64,000 bases of DNA, taken from Octopus sinensis (Eukaryota). The position numbers and the translations under genes were made by a program. The notes under the pieces are model-generated. The model was not told the DNA's origin. It was given only the letters and a program-made list of their open reading frames with translations, and did no database searches. Each line of letters begins with the position of its first letter. The first letter of the stretch is position 1. This document shows positions 40,153-52,526 of this stretch, in pieces. The stretch is taken from NCBI RefSeq assembly GCF_006345805.1, contig NC_043011.1, forward strand, positions 434,001-498,000, written 5' to 3'.

Positions 40153-41135
40153 ATTTTTTTTATCAACCACACAGAGTCGAACACAGGTGACAGCACAAAG
40201 ACAGACAAAACACAAAAGTCGGGAAAAATAAAATCGAATGAAAAGAATGGTAATCATAAATGAAAAGGTGGAACGACGTCAACTCGGACCCTACAGTACA
40301 CGTAATGTCACTCAATATTTTTGAAAAAAATTTTAAACAGATATTTTATTTTTGTCTCTTAGGTCTTGCTGTGTGTTGCTTGTGTTGTATATCCAGTATT
40401 CTTTTTTAGGGAAACTTTTTTCTGTCGGTGTTTGTAATGTTTTTGTCAGCATTCGTATCTGTTCTTGTGCGTTTATTTTGTTGTCTCTTTGTCCTTGCTG
40501 TGTGTTGCTTGTGTTGTACATTCGGTATTCTTTATTTTGGTATGTTTTTCCTTTTTGTTGTCTGTGTTAGTATTGTCTTTTGTCTACGTTCTTATCGGTT
40601 CTTGTGCATTCGTTTTTAGCTTTTTGTGTTTGTTGGAGTAAGAGAACTTTTTTCCTCTTCCTCCCTGCAACTGATCATTCTTCATCACTTACCTCGGTAG
40701 ATGTGGACGGTCCAGCTTTCCCCGGCGCTAAATTCTCCTTCTCTACTGTCTTCTCCGCCTCTTCCACCTCACCTGGAGCTTCCTCGTTAGGCTTCTCTTC
40801 TTATTCCTTTAGTTCATCCTCCTTTTTTCTTTGTGCTTCATGTTGAAGGGACTGAGTGCACGTTTTCCTTGTGTGCCACTTCAGTTCGCACTCGAAACAT
40901 CTTGTGATTTTACTTTGGACTGAGACTCAGTTTTTTCTCATTCGGCAGAATTATAAATTCTGCAATTTGCTCCAGTTCGTCTGGTGTGGATTGAATTGTC
41001 GCCTGAAAACTCTTTCCACACCAGTTCTGTACATTTTCACCTCGAACTCCAGCAGTGTCACCTCTTTCTTGATACTGGAGCAAGCGGCTGCCAGAAGCCA
41101 CGCCAGTCTAATTTCAGGTGGATAACCTTCTATTG
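40153..41135 (-). mobile_element. ORF1-only retroelement, copy C (5'-truncated)
   Basis: IEGYPPEIRLAWLLAA..., CFECELKWHTRKTC, the acidic region, and a tail at 40155-40220 directly joined to the 5' end of copy B. Confidence 0.75.
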
Positions 41136-42374
41136 TGAAGGAGTGAAAACCCAGGTTCAAAATTTCCCCAAGACACCCGAGGAAAGCTGGAGGGTATATC
41201 AGCCGAAACATTATGCTAACAACAAACAAGATAAGGAAAAATATCAGTCAAATGTAAATAATGTACATAATTACTCATCTCTTAAATATAGAACTGCATT
41301 ACACAGATGTAGTTTACGAGATTGCGCTTAAGTACGCCTGTGTGTTTTTCAGTAAACACAATTCCATTCTCGTTCTCATTTTTAAAATTACAGTGTAAAT
41401 ACAAATGCGCAATCCAATGGTCCCCACTTAAACGTGGATGTTCTATGAGAACAAAATTTACTATGGTAGTTGCCATGAGAGAAACTGCCGCATTAGCTTT
41501 TTGGTGCAAAATGCACTCTTGTTTATATCGCTAGCGGGGGCATAAATCTCCGCGGGAGCATAAAGCGCCGAGACCACCAGATCATGTGATTTCGACCTTG
41601 TTTGGTTATGTCAATGATGGACATAGAGACAGCAATCGATATATCGCTGCTAGCGATATATAAATTGACAGCGCCAAAACAAGCCCTGGTGCCGCAATTA
41701 GCCAGTTAGCTCGTTACAAAATATCCTCTGTGTGAAAAGTCTGGCTGCATACACGTTAGTCAGGTGCATACAATTGACAACACAGTTAATTAAGATTTAT
41801 TCAGTGAGTTCTATTCAACACATGTTTACACGTGGAATTAGCAAAATCATTATTAACTTTAGATGGCTCGCAGGCGAGGTGAACAAATTAGTGAGAGAGA
41901 TAGACTGGCAATACTTCTACGCTACTAGCAAATTAAAGATGGGGTCGCAAATGAAACAGTGAGTGATCTTTGCAATGCCTTTCAAGTAGACCGCAATAAA
42001 CCAGCACGAATTTATAAAAATGCGACTCTTCGTGGAACAATACAGCCAAAACAGCGTTCCTTTTTCACATAATTTCCTCCCCTGCTTCTAATAATAACGA
42101 TCGTTGATTGTCTCTCCTCAGATTTATTCGCCTCCTGATCCACTTACAAAATATCCTTCCTCCTACTAACATGGAACGAAAACTTATGAAAGCATGGAAT
42201 TGTTACATTATCACATTAATCATAATCAGCGTAAACGAAACCGGTCGTCTATGTAAATATTTTATTTCACATACACACATACATACACACACACGCATAC
42301 ACACATAGATACACACACACACTCACTCACTCACACACACACACACACACACACTCACTCTCACACACACACAC

Positions 42375-42414
<40 letters not shown>

Positions 42415-43179
42415 GCACACATGGTCCAACACAAAATTTCTATACATTTCTCGTCTTTTATATTTTTCACTATAATTCACTACGTGGAATTTTTTCTCGA
42501 ACCTTTCCACTTTACATACATACATACATACATGCACACATTTACAGTTTCTCTCAAATGCTTTAAAAGACACATGTACCCAAACATTCATGCATACACA
42601 TGTATATAATATGTTCCTCAGTTGTTAATATTATTGATTATCATTTACATCGGTATAACTTCATGTGCATGTTTACTTCTCCGTGAACATCACTGTTATT
42701 TCTGTTTGAGCCTTAATAACAAACTGATTCATTGATTCTTGTCGATAAAAGTTGTAAAAGAAAAATGTTTGATTATCTTCTTTTCGAGTCCAACGTAGTA
42801 ATTTCCATAACGTGACTTAATCAATAACAAAGCAACTTTCAAAACTTGGAGATATACGTCATATAGCTATTAATTATGTCGCAAGATTTTCTTCATATTC
42901 CACCACTTGCAGAAGAAAAATAGAATACAGCAAATGTCCGACTGGTTTTATTCTATAAGAGCTGACTGGAAATATAGAATTATTTAGGGTAAGAGAATTA
43001 ATAGACGTTATTGCCAGAAATGTTAGAGATGAGAGTTCAAAGACCCTGGTCTGGGTAATGTTGTTATGGTGAAAAGGTACGAAATAATTATATATACTTT
43101 TTCGGAGGAGCGAATGTGATTTAGAAATTGAGAAAATCAATTAAGATGATTGAGAATGGAGAGAATAAGAGAGAAATGA

Positions 43180-43270
<91 letters not shown>

Positions 43271-43784
43271 CTATGGGGAAAAATTAAATAAATAAAAGAG
43301 AAAATGTAATTTCTGTAACAAAAATTGAGGAGAAATGACACAAGTTACTTAAGTTTTGTTTAGTTCTTATAAAAACGTACGTATGCATTTATGGATACGA
43401 ATATGGCAATGGTCAAAAAGCTCTCTTCTTAATGATGTGGTTCAGTGTACGATCCATTGTGCAGCGCATTAGTCAAGAATTTCTTGCTATTGCATTAGGT
43501 AGACCCAAGCACTGAGAGTGAAACTGGCAAAACAGAAACTGTGCAGATACCTTCGGAAGGATTACACCTGTAATTGAATGAGTCTTGTCTCACATACTGA
43601 TTCTTCCATTTATATAATTTCAGTATGTGGAATATATGAAATTCTTGTCGGAACCTAATCAAAAATCCATTTACTTACTATATATATGTCAATATTCAGT
43701 TTATTTTAGAATTTCTTGCCAATAGAAAAAAGATCTAACATAGATCCAAGGCACCTTCATTGGAATTTCAACATCAACAACATG

Positions 43785-43789
43785 GTATG

Positions 43790-43823
<34 letters not shown>

Positions 43824-44066
43824 TGTATGTGTGTATGTGTGTATGTATGTATGTATGTATGTATGTATGTATGTATGTATGTATGTATGTATGTATGTAT
43901 GTGTGTGTGTGTATGTATGTATGTATGTATGTATGTATGTATGTGTGTATGTGTGTATGTATGTATGTATGTATGTATGTATGTATGTATGTGTGTGTGT
44001 GTATGTATGTATGTATGTATGTATGTATGTATGTATGTATGTATGTATGTATGTATGTATGTATGT
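43785..44066. repeat. (GTAT)n microsatellite
   Basis: Direct reading. Neighbouring blocks are (CA)n 42270-42410, (GA)n 43184-43266 and (TCTG/TCTA)n 46922-47205. Confidence 0.95.
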
Positions 44067-44084
44067 GCCTGTCTGTCTGTGTCT

Positions 44085-46917
44085 CTGTTGAAAGGCTTCA
44101 TACATTTTACTTGGCTCGAGTAATTCGCGCCCTTGGTCATCTACCAGAGATCGAATGGTGTTTTTTCTGATCTGGGTGGTGGAGGCGCAAGAGGGCAACA
44201 ACGCCACCATTCGGTTTTTGGTAGATGAACAAGGGCGCGAATTACTCGAGCCAAGTAAAATGTGTGAGGCCATTAAACAGCATTTTGCCTGACTGTTCGG
44301 GGCGAGAGGCGAGCGAGAACGCAGGGTGGACTTGAATGCCTACCTGCACAGCTTGCCACGACTTCCGCAGAGTAATGCGAAGGTGCCATCACGGCGGCAG
44401 AAGTGCGGGACGCGATGGCAGAATGCTCGAAGGACAAATCGTCGGGTTTGGATGGTCTACACTAAGAGATTTACAGTTGTATGTTTGGAGACGTCTTGAC
44501 AGCAGTGTACTGCAACTGGCAGCAAAACGTGAGCATCCCCGGTTTTATGAGCCGAGGAGCTGTAAAGCTGCTGAAGAAAGATCCAAACAAATGGGACATA
44601 AAGGATAACTTTAGGCCCGTCACTCTGTTCAATGCAGACTTGAAAATGTTGGCCAAGGTGTTAGCCAAGAGGTTGGTGCTTGTCATCGACAAACTGGTCG
44701 ACAAAGCGCAAACGTGCGCTGTGCCGTTCCGGACCGTCTATGACAACCTCCATCTGATGCCCTACATCATAGACAGGGTAGTTAAGGAACCTAGCATGGG
44801 TGGTGCCCTGATCAATTTGGATCAATCGAAAGCTTTCGATAGGGTAGACCATCAATACTTGGAGGCTGTCCTCATAGCGGTTGGTTTCAGTCCCGTCTTC
44901 CGCGGCTGGATAGCTGCCTGGTACAGAGGCATCCGTTCGGTAATTCGCGTGAATAGACATTTATCGAGACCTTTCGACATTGCACGTTCGGTCCGTCAGG
45001 GATGCCCCCTCTTGTCGCTTCTGTACGTATTGACTCTCGAGCCACTACAACGGAAGCTGGCGACGCTGAGGGCGCATCCCGCGAGAATTGGTATGCGGGA
45101 CGAGCGTGTCCGCATACGCGGACGACGTCACCGTCATTGTGTCTAGCCAGAAACACATCGAGCTGGTCGGCGAGATACTGAAAGACTACGAAGCGGTAAC
45201 AGGAGCAAAAATCAACCGGGAAAAGTCAGCAGCATCTCCGTCGTGGGACGCTGGACCGACGGTCCGGTCGAGTTGCTCGGGGTCCGGTTCGGTCCAGACC
45301 TCCGTTTGGATGTCTGGACCGAACCGGACCCCGAGCAACTCGACCGGACCGTCGGTCCAGCGTCCCACGACGGAGATGCTGCTGACTTTTCCCGGTTGAT
45401 TTTTGCTCCTGTTACCGCTTCGTAGTCTTTCAGTATCTCGCCGACCAGCTCGATGTGTTTCTGGAACGAAAAAACGAAAAAACGAGTAGGGTGGTCACTC
45501 TCGTCCGGCAATAGGCCGAGAGGAAGCTGTCCCTAAAAGGTCGGGCGGAGGTGGCGAACACGTACATCGTGTCCGTCATCTACTATCGCCTGACCGTCGT
45601 GCCTTGTCCCGACCCTACCATCACCAAACTGGAACGCATTCTCTTCCGCTTCATGTGGGAAGGATGCGTTCCGATGGTCAGGTGATCCATTTGCTGCCAA
45701 CACCCGTTAAAAGGAGGGTTGGGTATGCGGTGGCTGATGATGCGCAGACACGCGCCGAGACTGCGACATCTCCGGCTCTACGTAGACAACGGTGAACATA
45801 TGTGGTCACCGTTTGTGAGGCGCGCTTTCCTGCAGCTCGTCTCCATGATCGAACTGCAGTCGTGGATCAAAAACAGGCCGAGAAAGGGCGAATGACACTG
45901 CGAGTGTCGCGTTGTTCTCGAGCAACTATGCCGTCCCGGGTCGACCATGAGCGATTGCAACACAACCAAAGCATTCTATAGGGGATTAGTGGAGGGGAGG
46001 TACGACGACGATCTCGGTGCGAACCTGGGCGTCGACGAAGAATACCTGACTCGCCTGTTCAAGACGACTTTCGGGCCGGGACCTATGGACAACTTCCAAA
46101 GATCTCTCGCCTGGCAGTGCTATCGAGAAGCGCTACCCGTTCGGGATAAGCTCTACAAGCATGGCTCGAGAAACACGGGGTTAACCTTCCCGAGATGCGG
46201 TCAGAACGACGAAACCGTTCTGCACGCACTCGTACAATGTCCAACCATTTCCGATCTGTGGGCCTATGTCGAACGGCTGCTATCGCGTCTGGGATGAATC
46301 AGTTTATCAACCGAGTCTATCGTGAATATTGTCGTGCCTCTTTCCTTGAAACGAGAATGAAGAGCCATTTTTATCGTACTTGTGGCTATGGTGAAAGAAT
46401 GTGTATGGTGGACGCGTCTGAAAGGTCTAGAGACAAACACTTTCCTCTCTGGTCAATCTCTCATCAGCTTCTTCAAGTGTCACTTGAAGAGGAAGGTGTG
46501 ATTAGAGAGGGAAGTTTTGTCTAGTGAATGTTTCAAAAAAAGATGGGTGAATGTAGCAAGGATGGCACATGTGAATGACGGAGCCAGCTTGAGCATAATC
46601 CTATGAACCTAAAAAAAAAAGAAAGGAGAAAAGAGAGTTACTTACTGTAATGTGTTTTTTGCATGACATTATTGCCCAAGGTTACCGTGGTATTTTCCGT
46701 AGGCTTTTCTTTCCACGGATAAAAATAATCTATTTCCCCTTTTACATTATGACATTTCTGTGATACACGATCCTTATTGATCGCCTTCTTTTTCTTTCTT
46801 TCACGATCCCTTTTGATCGAATTTCTACTACCCCTTTTTTTCTTTCCTTCCCCAAAAGAAAAGCTCTACTTCGTATTTTGTTCCCTCTGTGTTTAGCCCT
46901 GTGTGGCCAATAAAGAA
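44085..46917 (+). mobile_element. 5'-truncated L1/Tx1-clade LINE (ORF2 RT + C-terminal zinc knuckle + 3' UTR)
   Basis: KSSGLDGL, DNFRPVTLFNADLKMLAKVLAKRL, LDQSKAFDRVDHQYL, SVRQGCPL, SAYADDVTV, GAKINREKS, LSLKGRAEVAN, GGLG and (C)PRCGQNDETVLHALVQCP. The 3' end has aataaa at about 46909 followed by a microsatellite. Confidence 0.92.
45147..45464. repeat. Perfect 153-bp-arm fold-back duplication inside the LINE
   Basis: 45147-45299 is the exact reverse complement of 45312-45464, with spacer ctccgtttggat. Confidence 0.95.
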
Positions 46918-47002
46918 GCATTATCTATCTGTCTGTCTGTCTGTCTTGTCTAATCTGTCTTGTCTTGTCTAATCTGTCTGTCTAATCTTATCTATCTGTC
47001 TA

Positions 47003-47054
<52 letters not shown>

Positions 47055-47138
47055 AATCTTATCTGTCTAGGTCTAATCTTATCTCTCTCTCTCTCTCTCT
47101 CTCTCGCTATCTATCTATCTACCTACCTATCTGTCTAT

Positions 47139-47193
<55 letters not shown>

Positions 47194-47362
47194 ATCTTAT
47201 CTATCTTTAGATTTACATCATGTATTTGGCAGTTATTTTATAGGTTTTTTTGCGTGAGTGCGAATGTACTTGCTCTCACGTATCTTTAGTATACGAATGG
47301 GTGAGTGATTGCTTTCTATGTATATATATATGTATTTGTATACGTGATGATGATGATATATT

Positions 47363-47400
<38 letters not shown>

Positions 47401-47604
47401 TCAAGAAGACTCTCATGAAGGAATCGTTTAAACATCTTTCACATCTTCTCTGAAGCACTAAATTATTGGAATTGGAATATGTTATTCTGCTCGATTCTAT
47501 CCTTCGGACAAAACTCTAGAATATCCAGGTTTTTATATAAATATCCTGTTATATTAGACCATTATACATATCTTATAATACTTAGATGGAAATTTGTAAG
47601 TAGG

Positions 47605-48048
47605 GGATCTTTTCGGTTTGAACGGCAGTGTTTAAAAATAATTTCCACGTAAGTAAACAATTTTAAACTTCGTATACTGGTAGTATGTGTTTATAAAACA
47701 TCTTTTTCTCTTGGCTTTATTGAGAAAATTGTATAGTTTGTAAGATATTTGTTGTTTTTTTCCTTTAATTTCTGCAATTTCAACCAATCAGTGACGTCTA
47801 TTGAAGTAAACAACATTCTGTGCCGTATGAATATGTCCCTCGTTTAAAAAAACAGATTGGGTTTATTTACATTTGTGAAGAAAAAAAGATACCCTTCCTC
47901 CACCCCTAACCCTAATTAACCCTAACCCTAACTAACCCTAACCCTAAAACAGATTGAAATGCAACAGATCGATACTGGGGTCATAATTATGGGTGACAAT
48001 TTCATATGACACCGCTAGAAAAAACTGCCGTTCAAACCGAAAAGATCC
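47605..48048. mobile_element. TTAGGG-bearing MITE, copy 4
   Basis: TIRs intact. TSD taagtagg/taggtagg. Confidence 0.95.
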
Positions 48049-48472
48049 TAGGTAGGTTACAAGAGCCATATACTTTCAGTTTTTGTACACATTTAGACAA
48101 GACATTCGCATCTGCTGTGTAGATGATCCATACAATAAATCCTGTTCATTATTTTCTATTTCTGATTACAATGTTATGTTTTATTTGAACCAGATTGAAG
48201 TTCGTACTAAGGTTTTCTGCCAGAATTCCTTATTTTTTAAATTATAGATAAATTCAGGTTTGTTGCGCCATTAGATTGCTAACAATTTTCTGTCTCATAG
48301 GAAAGTACTGTCTTGTGGCTCTTTTGCGAGGCCTGCTGCTGCTGTGTGTAATAACTTCCAAACTGATATGGCATAGTCGAAATTTACTATCACACACACA
48401 AACACACACACACACACTACACACGCACGCGCACACACACACACTACACACGCGCGCGCACACACACACACT

Positions 48473-48504
<32 letters not shown>

Positions 48505-48589
48505 GAACGCAAACTCACACAAACACACATATCTACATCTATCTATCTAGTTCAAATTTACAGAAAACAAAAGGAACAACAAACAGGTG

Positions 48590-49007
48590 GGATCTTTTCG
48601 GTTTGAACGGCAGTTTTCTCTAGCGGTGTCATATGAAATTGTCACCCATAATTATGACCCTAGTATCGATCTATTGCATTTCAATCTGTTTTAGGGTTAG
48701 GGTTAGGGGTGGGGGGAAAGGTATCTTATTTTCTTCACAAATGTAAATAAACCCAATCTGTTTCTTAAACGAGGGACATATTCATACGGCACAGAATGTT
48801 TTTTTTATCTCAATAGACGTCATTGATTGGTTGAAATTGCAGAAATTGAAGAAAAAAACAGCAAATATCTTACAAACTATAGAATTTTCTCAATAAAGCC
48901 AAGAGAAAAAGATGTTTTATAAACACATTCTACCAGTATACGAAGTTTAAAATTTTTTAGTTACCTAGAAATTATGTTAAAAACTACCGTTCAAACCAAA
49001 ATGATCC
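48590..49007. mobile_element. TTAGGG-bearing MITE, copy 5 (inside a PLE pLTR remnant)
   Basis: TSD aacaggtg/aacgggtg. The flanks 48550-48589 and 49016-49085 resemble 55757-55850. Confidence 0.93.
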
Positions 49008-49452
49008 AACGGGTGTATTAGTTTAACACCCGAGAAAAATGGAAAAGTCTTTTAGTTTCGAGCTTACTCTCTTCGACAGAGAACGAGTTTTAGCATCCAT
49101 TTATTACTTATTTCAATTACTTAACTAGTCTAGCAGTTGTGGTTTGGTAAGAAAGTTCAAAAGGGATCAAGCATCATCATCGTCGTTACTGTATTTATTA
49201 TTATTAAGGCAGCAAGGTGGCAGAATCATTAGAGCGCCGGAGAAATTTTTCAGTAGTATTTCTTCCAGCTCTTTACGTTCTAAGTTCAAATACCACTTAC
49301 ATCAACTTTCGATCGACAAAATTAAGTACTAGTCATGTACCAGAGTCGATGTAATCGACTAACTTTACCGTACCCTAAAATTGTCTTATGCCACCATTTG
49401 AAAGCATCAACAGCAGTGGTACCATTTGCATTTCCCTATCATCATCATCGTA

Positions 49453-49674
49453 TTACTCTTTACTCTTTTACTTGTTTCAGTCATTTGACTGCGGCCATGC
49501 TGGAGCACCGCCTTTAGTCGAGCAAATCGACCCCGGGACTTATTCTTTGTAAGCCCAGTACTTATTCTATCGGTCTCTTTTGCCGAACCGCTAAGTGACG
49601 GGGACGTAAACACACCAGCATCGGTTGTCAAGCAATGCTAGGGGGACAAACACAGACATACAAACATACACGCG

Positions 49675-49708
<34 letters not shown>

Positions 49709-49869
49709 CGACAGGCTTCTTTCAGTTTCCGTCTACCAAATCCACTCACAAGGCATTGGTCGGCCCGAGGCTATAGCAGAAGACACTTACCCAAGGTGCC
49801 ATGCAGTGGGACTGAACCCGGAACCATGTGGCTGGTAAGCAAGCTACTTACCACACAGCCACTCCTGCG
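49453..49869 (-). mobile_element. CORE-type SINE with CR1-like tail, full length
   Basis: Reverse complement of 16987-17407. Confidence 0.9.
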
Positions 49870-50572
49870 TATTGTGTGTTTGCTTGTACAAATCAAGGTG
49901 CAGTATATGAACCTAACGATCAGTATCAGTTTTGAAACGAATTCTAATTTGCTTGTATTTCAGTATTTAATCTTTTCTACTTAGCATATGTTTGTTGTCG
50001 CATATCTGTTTGATCTAAGTCAAAAACAAACAAGCACCTACAAGGCCATACGTAATATTGCTTTCGAAGTTTTGCACAAGGCCAGCAGTTTTTTAACCCC
50101 AGTACTTGACTGGTACTTATTTTATCGACCTCGGAAGGATGAAAGGCAAAGTCGATCTTAATGGTACCTCAACATTCTTTTGATATACATTTTGATCAAT
50201 ACTATTATCTATGGCTTAATCCCATTCTTAAGCCATAGATAAATCAACAAAAATTGTTTAGCAGAGTATTATTGGCACATCAACATTCTTTTGATATACA
50301 TTTTGATCAATATTTTCTGTTTTAATATTTTACTTAAGAAGGCGGCGAGCTAGTAGAATCGTTACCGCTTAGCGTCATTTCTTCCGATTTTATGTTCTGA
50401 GTTCAAATGCCGCCGTGGTCGACTTTGCCTTTCATCCTCCCGGGGTCGATGAACACTGGGATCGATGTAATCAACTAATCTCTCGCTGAAATTGCTGGTC
50501 TTGCGTCAAATCTGAAATCAATATTTTACATAAGAAGTATGGATATGTAAATAAATTTGTATTTATGTGACA

Positions 50573-51100
50573 CTAGCTGAAGGTGACCCGCTCTACGCAC
50601 GGGTAAGACTGTAGTTGTTACTTTCTGTTGCTTCCTTTCTGTTTTTTATCACCACATTCTCCCTCTTTGTTTCTCTCTCCTTTATCTCTCACTCTCCCAC
50701 TCTCTTACTCTTCTTTTCTCTCGGAATCTTCCTCGCTTTCTCTTACTATCTATCTTTCTCTATCTATCTCTTAGAGAATGAGAGAAGACTTGTCAAAGTG
50801 TGCGTTTTTTGCCCTAGTAACCACACCTTTTAAGATAGGAATTTCTAACTTTTCGCATTTCAGATTTATAGATATTGATTTCAAATTTACTAGTAAGTGA
50901 TAGCTGTGTTTTTGTCATATTTTAAATATATGTAAATGTACGTTATTTAAATGAAAGAGATACTGAGCTTGGGAAATGGGGAGTCAGATTTGCCAAGAAC
51001 ATACCAACACATAATCACACTCACCATTTATAAGAAATGCAATATTCGAGACAGTCCCCCCACCCGCAGTATTCATTCAAGCGAGCTTTAGCTAGTTCAC
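50573..51100 (-). mobile_element. Putative non-autonomous Helitron, 3' end
   Basis: Minus strand reads acccgtgcgtagagcgggt (hairpin)-caccttcag-CTAG|T at about 50604-50572. Its extent is uncertain. Confidence 0.5.
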
Positions 51101-51934
51101 GTATATTTTGTTAGTTAGTCATCAATATTATATTCATCTTTGGACTTTCTCTTCAAACAAGTATTGATAAGTACAACTAGTGGTTCATTGCCGCCTCAAA
51201 CACTGTATGTAGCTACTCGTTGACATACATATATGTAGATATTTGTGGTGGCTGCCCCCTCGTTATCGAGTATGGCCAATGCACGAAGCTTAATCAATGT
51301 TGTTATCGTGCAATGCCTGTGCAAGAAGATTTTTTTAAGTGAGGATAGGCTGTGCACTGTGTCAATCCCACTCACTAAGCAACAGCAGCCATAATCCAAA
51401 AAGAAGAACAAGTCAACATTATCGGTAACCACTGAGCCGCAGGTTTTATGTCGGAGTTATCCCAGTTACCTGAGTTACCTTCTCCTAGAAGGATGCCCTA
51501 ACAAAGGCTAGGAGTCCTTCACTCCCAATGGCTTAATCGTGCGATCGGGTATTCAGTCCGATTATTTCTATGTCCCCGCGCATGATACAGCCTTAAGACA
51601 TTTATTGGATGGCCGTTGACTCTCAAGAGTTCCTCCGCCCTTTGACGAGTTTGTTTTTCATCCTGCAGGGTGTCTAATAAACACCCTCCTCACCAAGCAA
51701 GCTTGGTGGGGTTGCCGGTTTAGTCGCCGACGACCCGACCGTGCAACAGGTTGTACTGGGTTACATGTTACCAGTAGCACTCGAAAGTGACCTGACATAG
51801 TAGATATTTGTACATACATACATACACACAAACTCTCTCTCTCACACGCGCAAATATGTATAGACACATACATATACACTTCTATAAGATTAAATTTTCT
51901 CTGATTCTCTAATTCCCCTTCGATAACCCTTTCT

Positions 51935-52526
51935 ATTGTAGGCACAAGGCCTGAAATTTGGAGGAGGAGGATAGCCCCAGTACTCAACTGATACTTAATT
52001 TATCGACCCCGAAAGGATGAAAGGCAAAGGTGACCTCGGTGAAATTTGAACTCATGACGCTAAGCATTTCGCCCGGCTTGCTAACAATTCCTCCAGCGGA
52101 TCTTTTCGGTTTGAACGGCAGTTTTTTCTAGCGGTGTCATATGAAATTGTCACCCATAATTATGACCTTAGTATCGATCTATTGCATTTCAATCTGTTTT
52201 AGGGTTAGGGTTAGTTAGGGTTAGGGTATCTTTTTTTCTTCACAAATGTAAATAAACCCAATCTGTTTCTTAAACGAGGGACATATTCATACGGCACAGA
52301 ATGTTGTTTACTTCAATGGACGTCAGTGATTGGTTGAAATTGCAGAAATTGAAGAAAAAAAACCCAAATATCTTACAAACTATAGAATTATCTCAATAAA
52401 GCCAAGAGAAAAAGATGTTTTATAAACACATTCTACCAGTATAACGAAGTTTAAAGTTTTTTAGTTACCTAGAAATGTTAAAAACTGCCGTTCAAACCGA
52501 AAAGATCCCCTCCAGCTCACCGCCTC
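51935..52526 (-). mobile_element. Nin-domain SINE split by MITE copy 6
   Basis: tttatcgaccccgaaaggatgaaaggc before the MITE. The head ..ccagctcaccgcct resumes after it. Confidence 0.8.
52098..52508. mobile_element. TTAGGG-bearing MITE, copy 6
   Basis: Perfect TSD cctccagc at 52090-52097 and 52509-52516. Confidence 0.95.

Noticed and set aside
43701-44273. YIHT/CMYV-repeat proteins (and similar IYIY, LSLS, poly-T/V/I ORFs across the track)
   Set aside because: These are translations of microsatellites that lack stop codons by composition.
47900-47947. True telomere or chromosome-fusion site
   Set aside because: The few CCCTAA units lie inside a TIR/TSD-bounded MITE repeated seven times.
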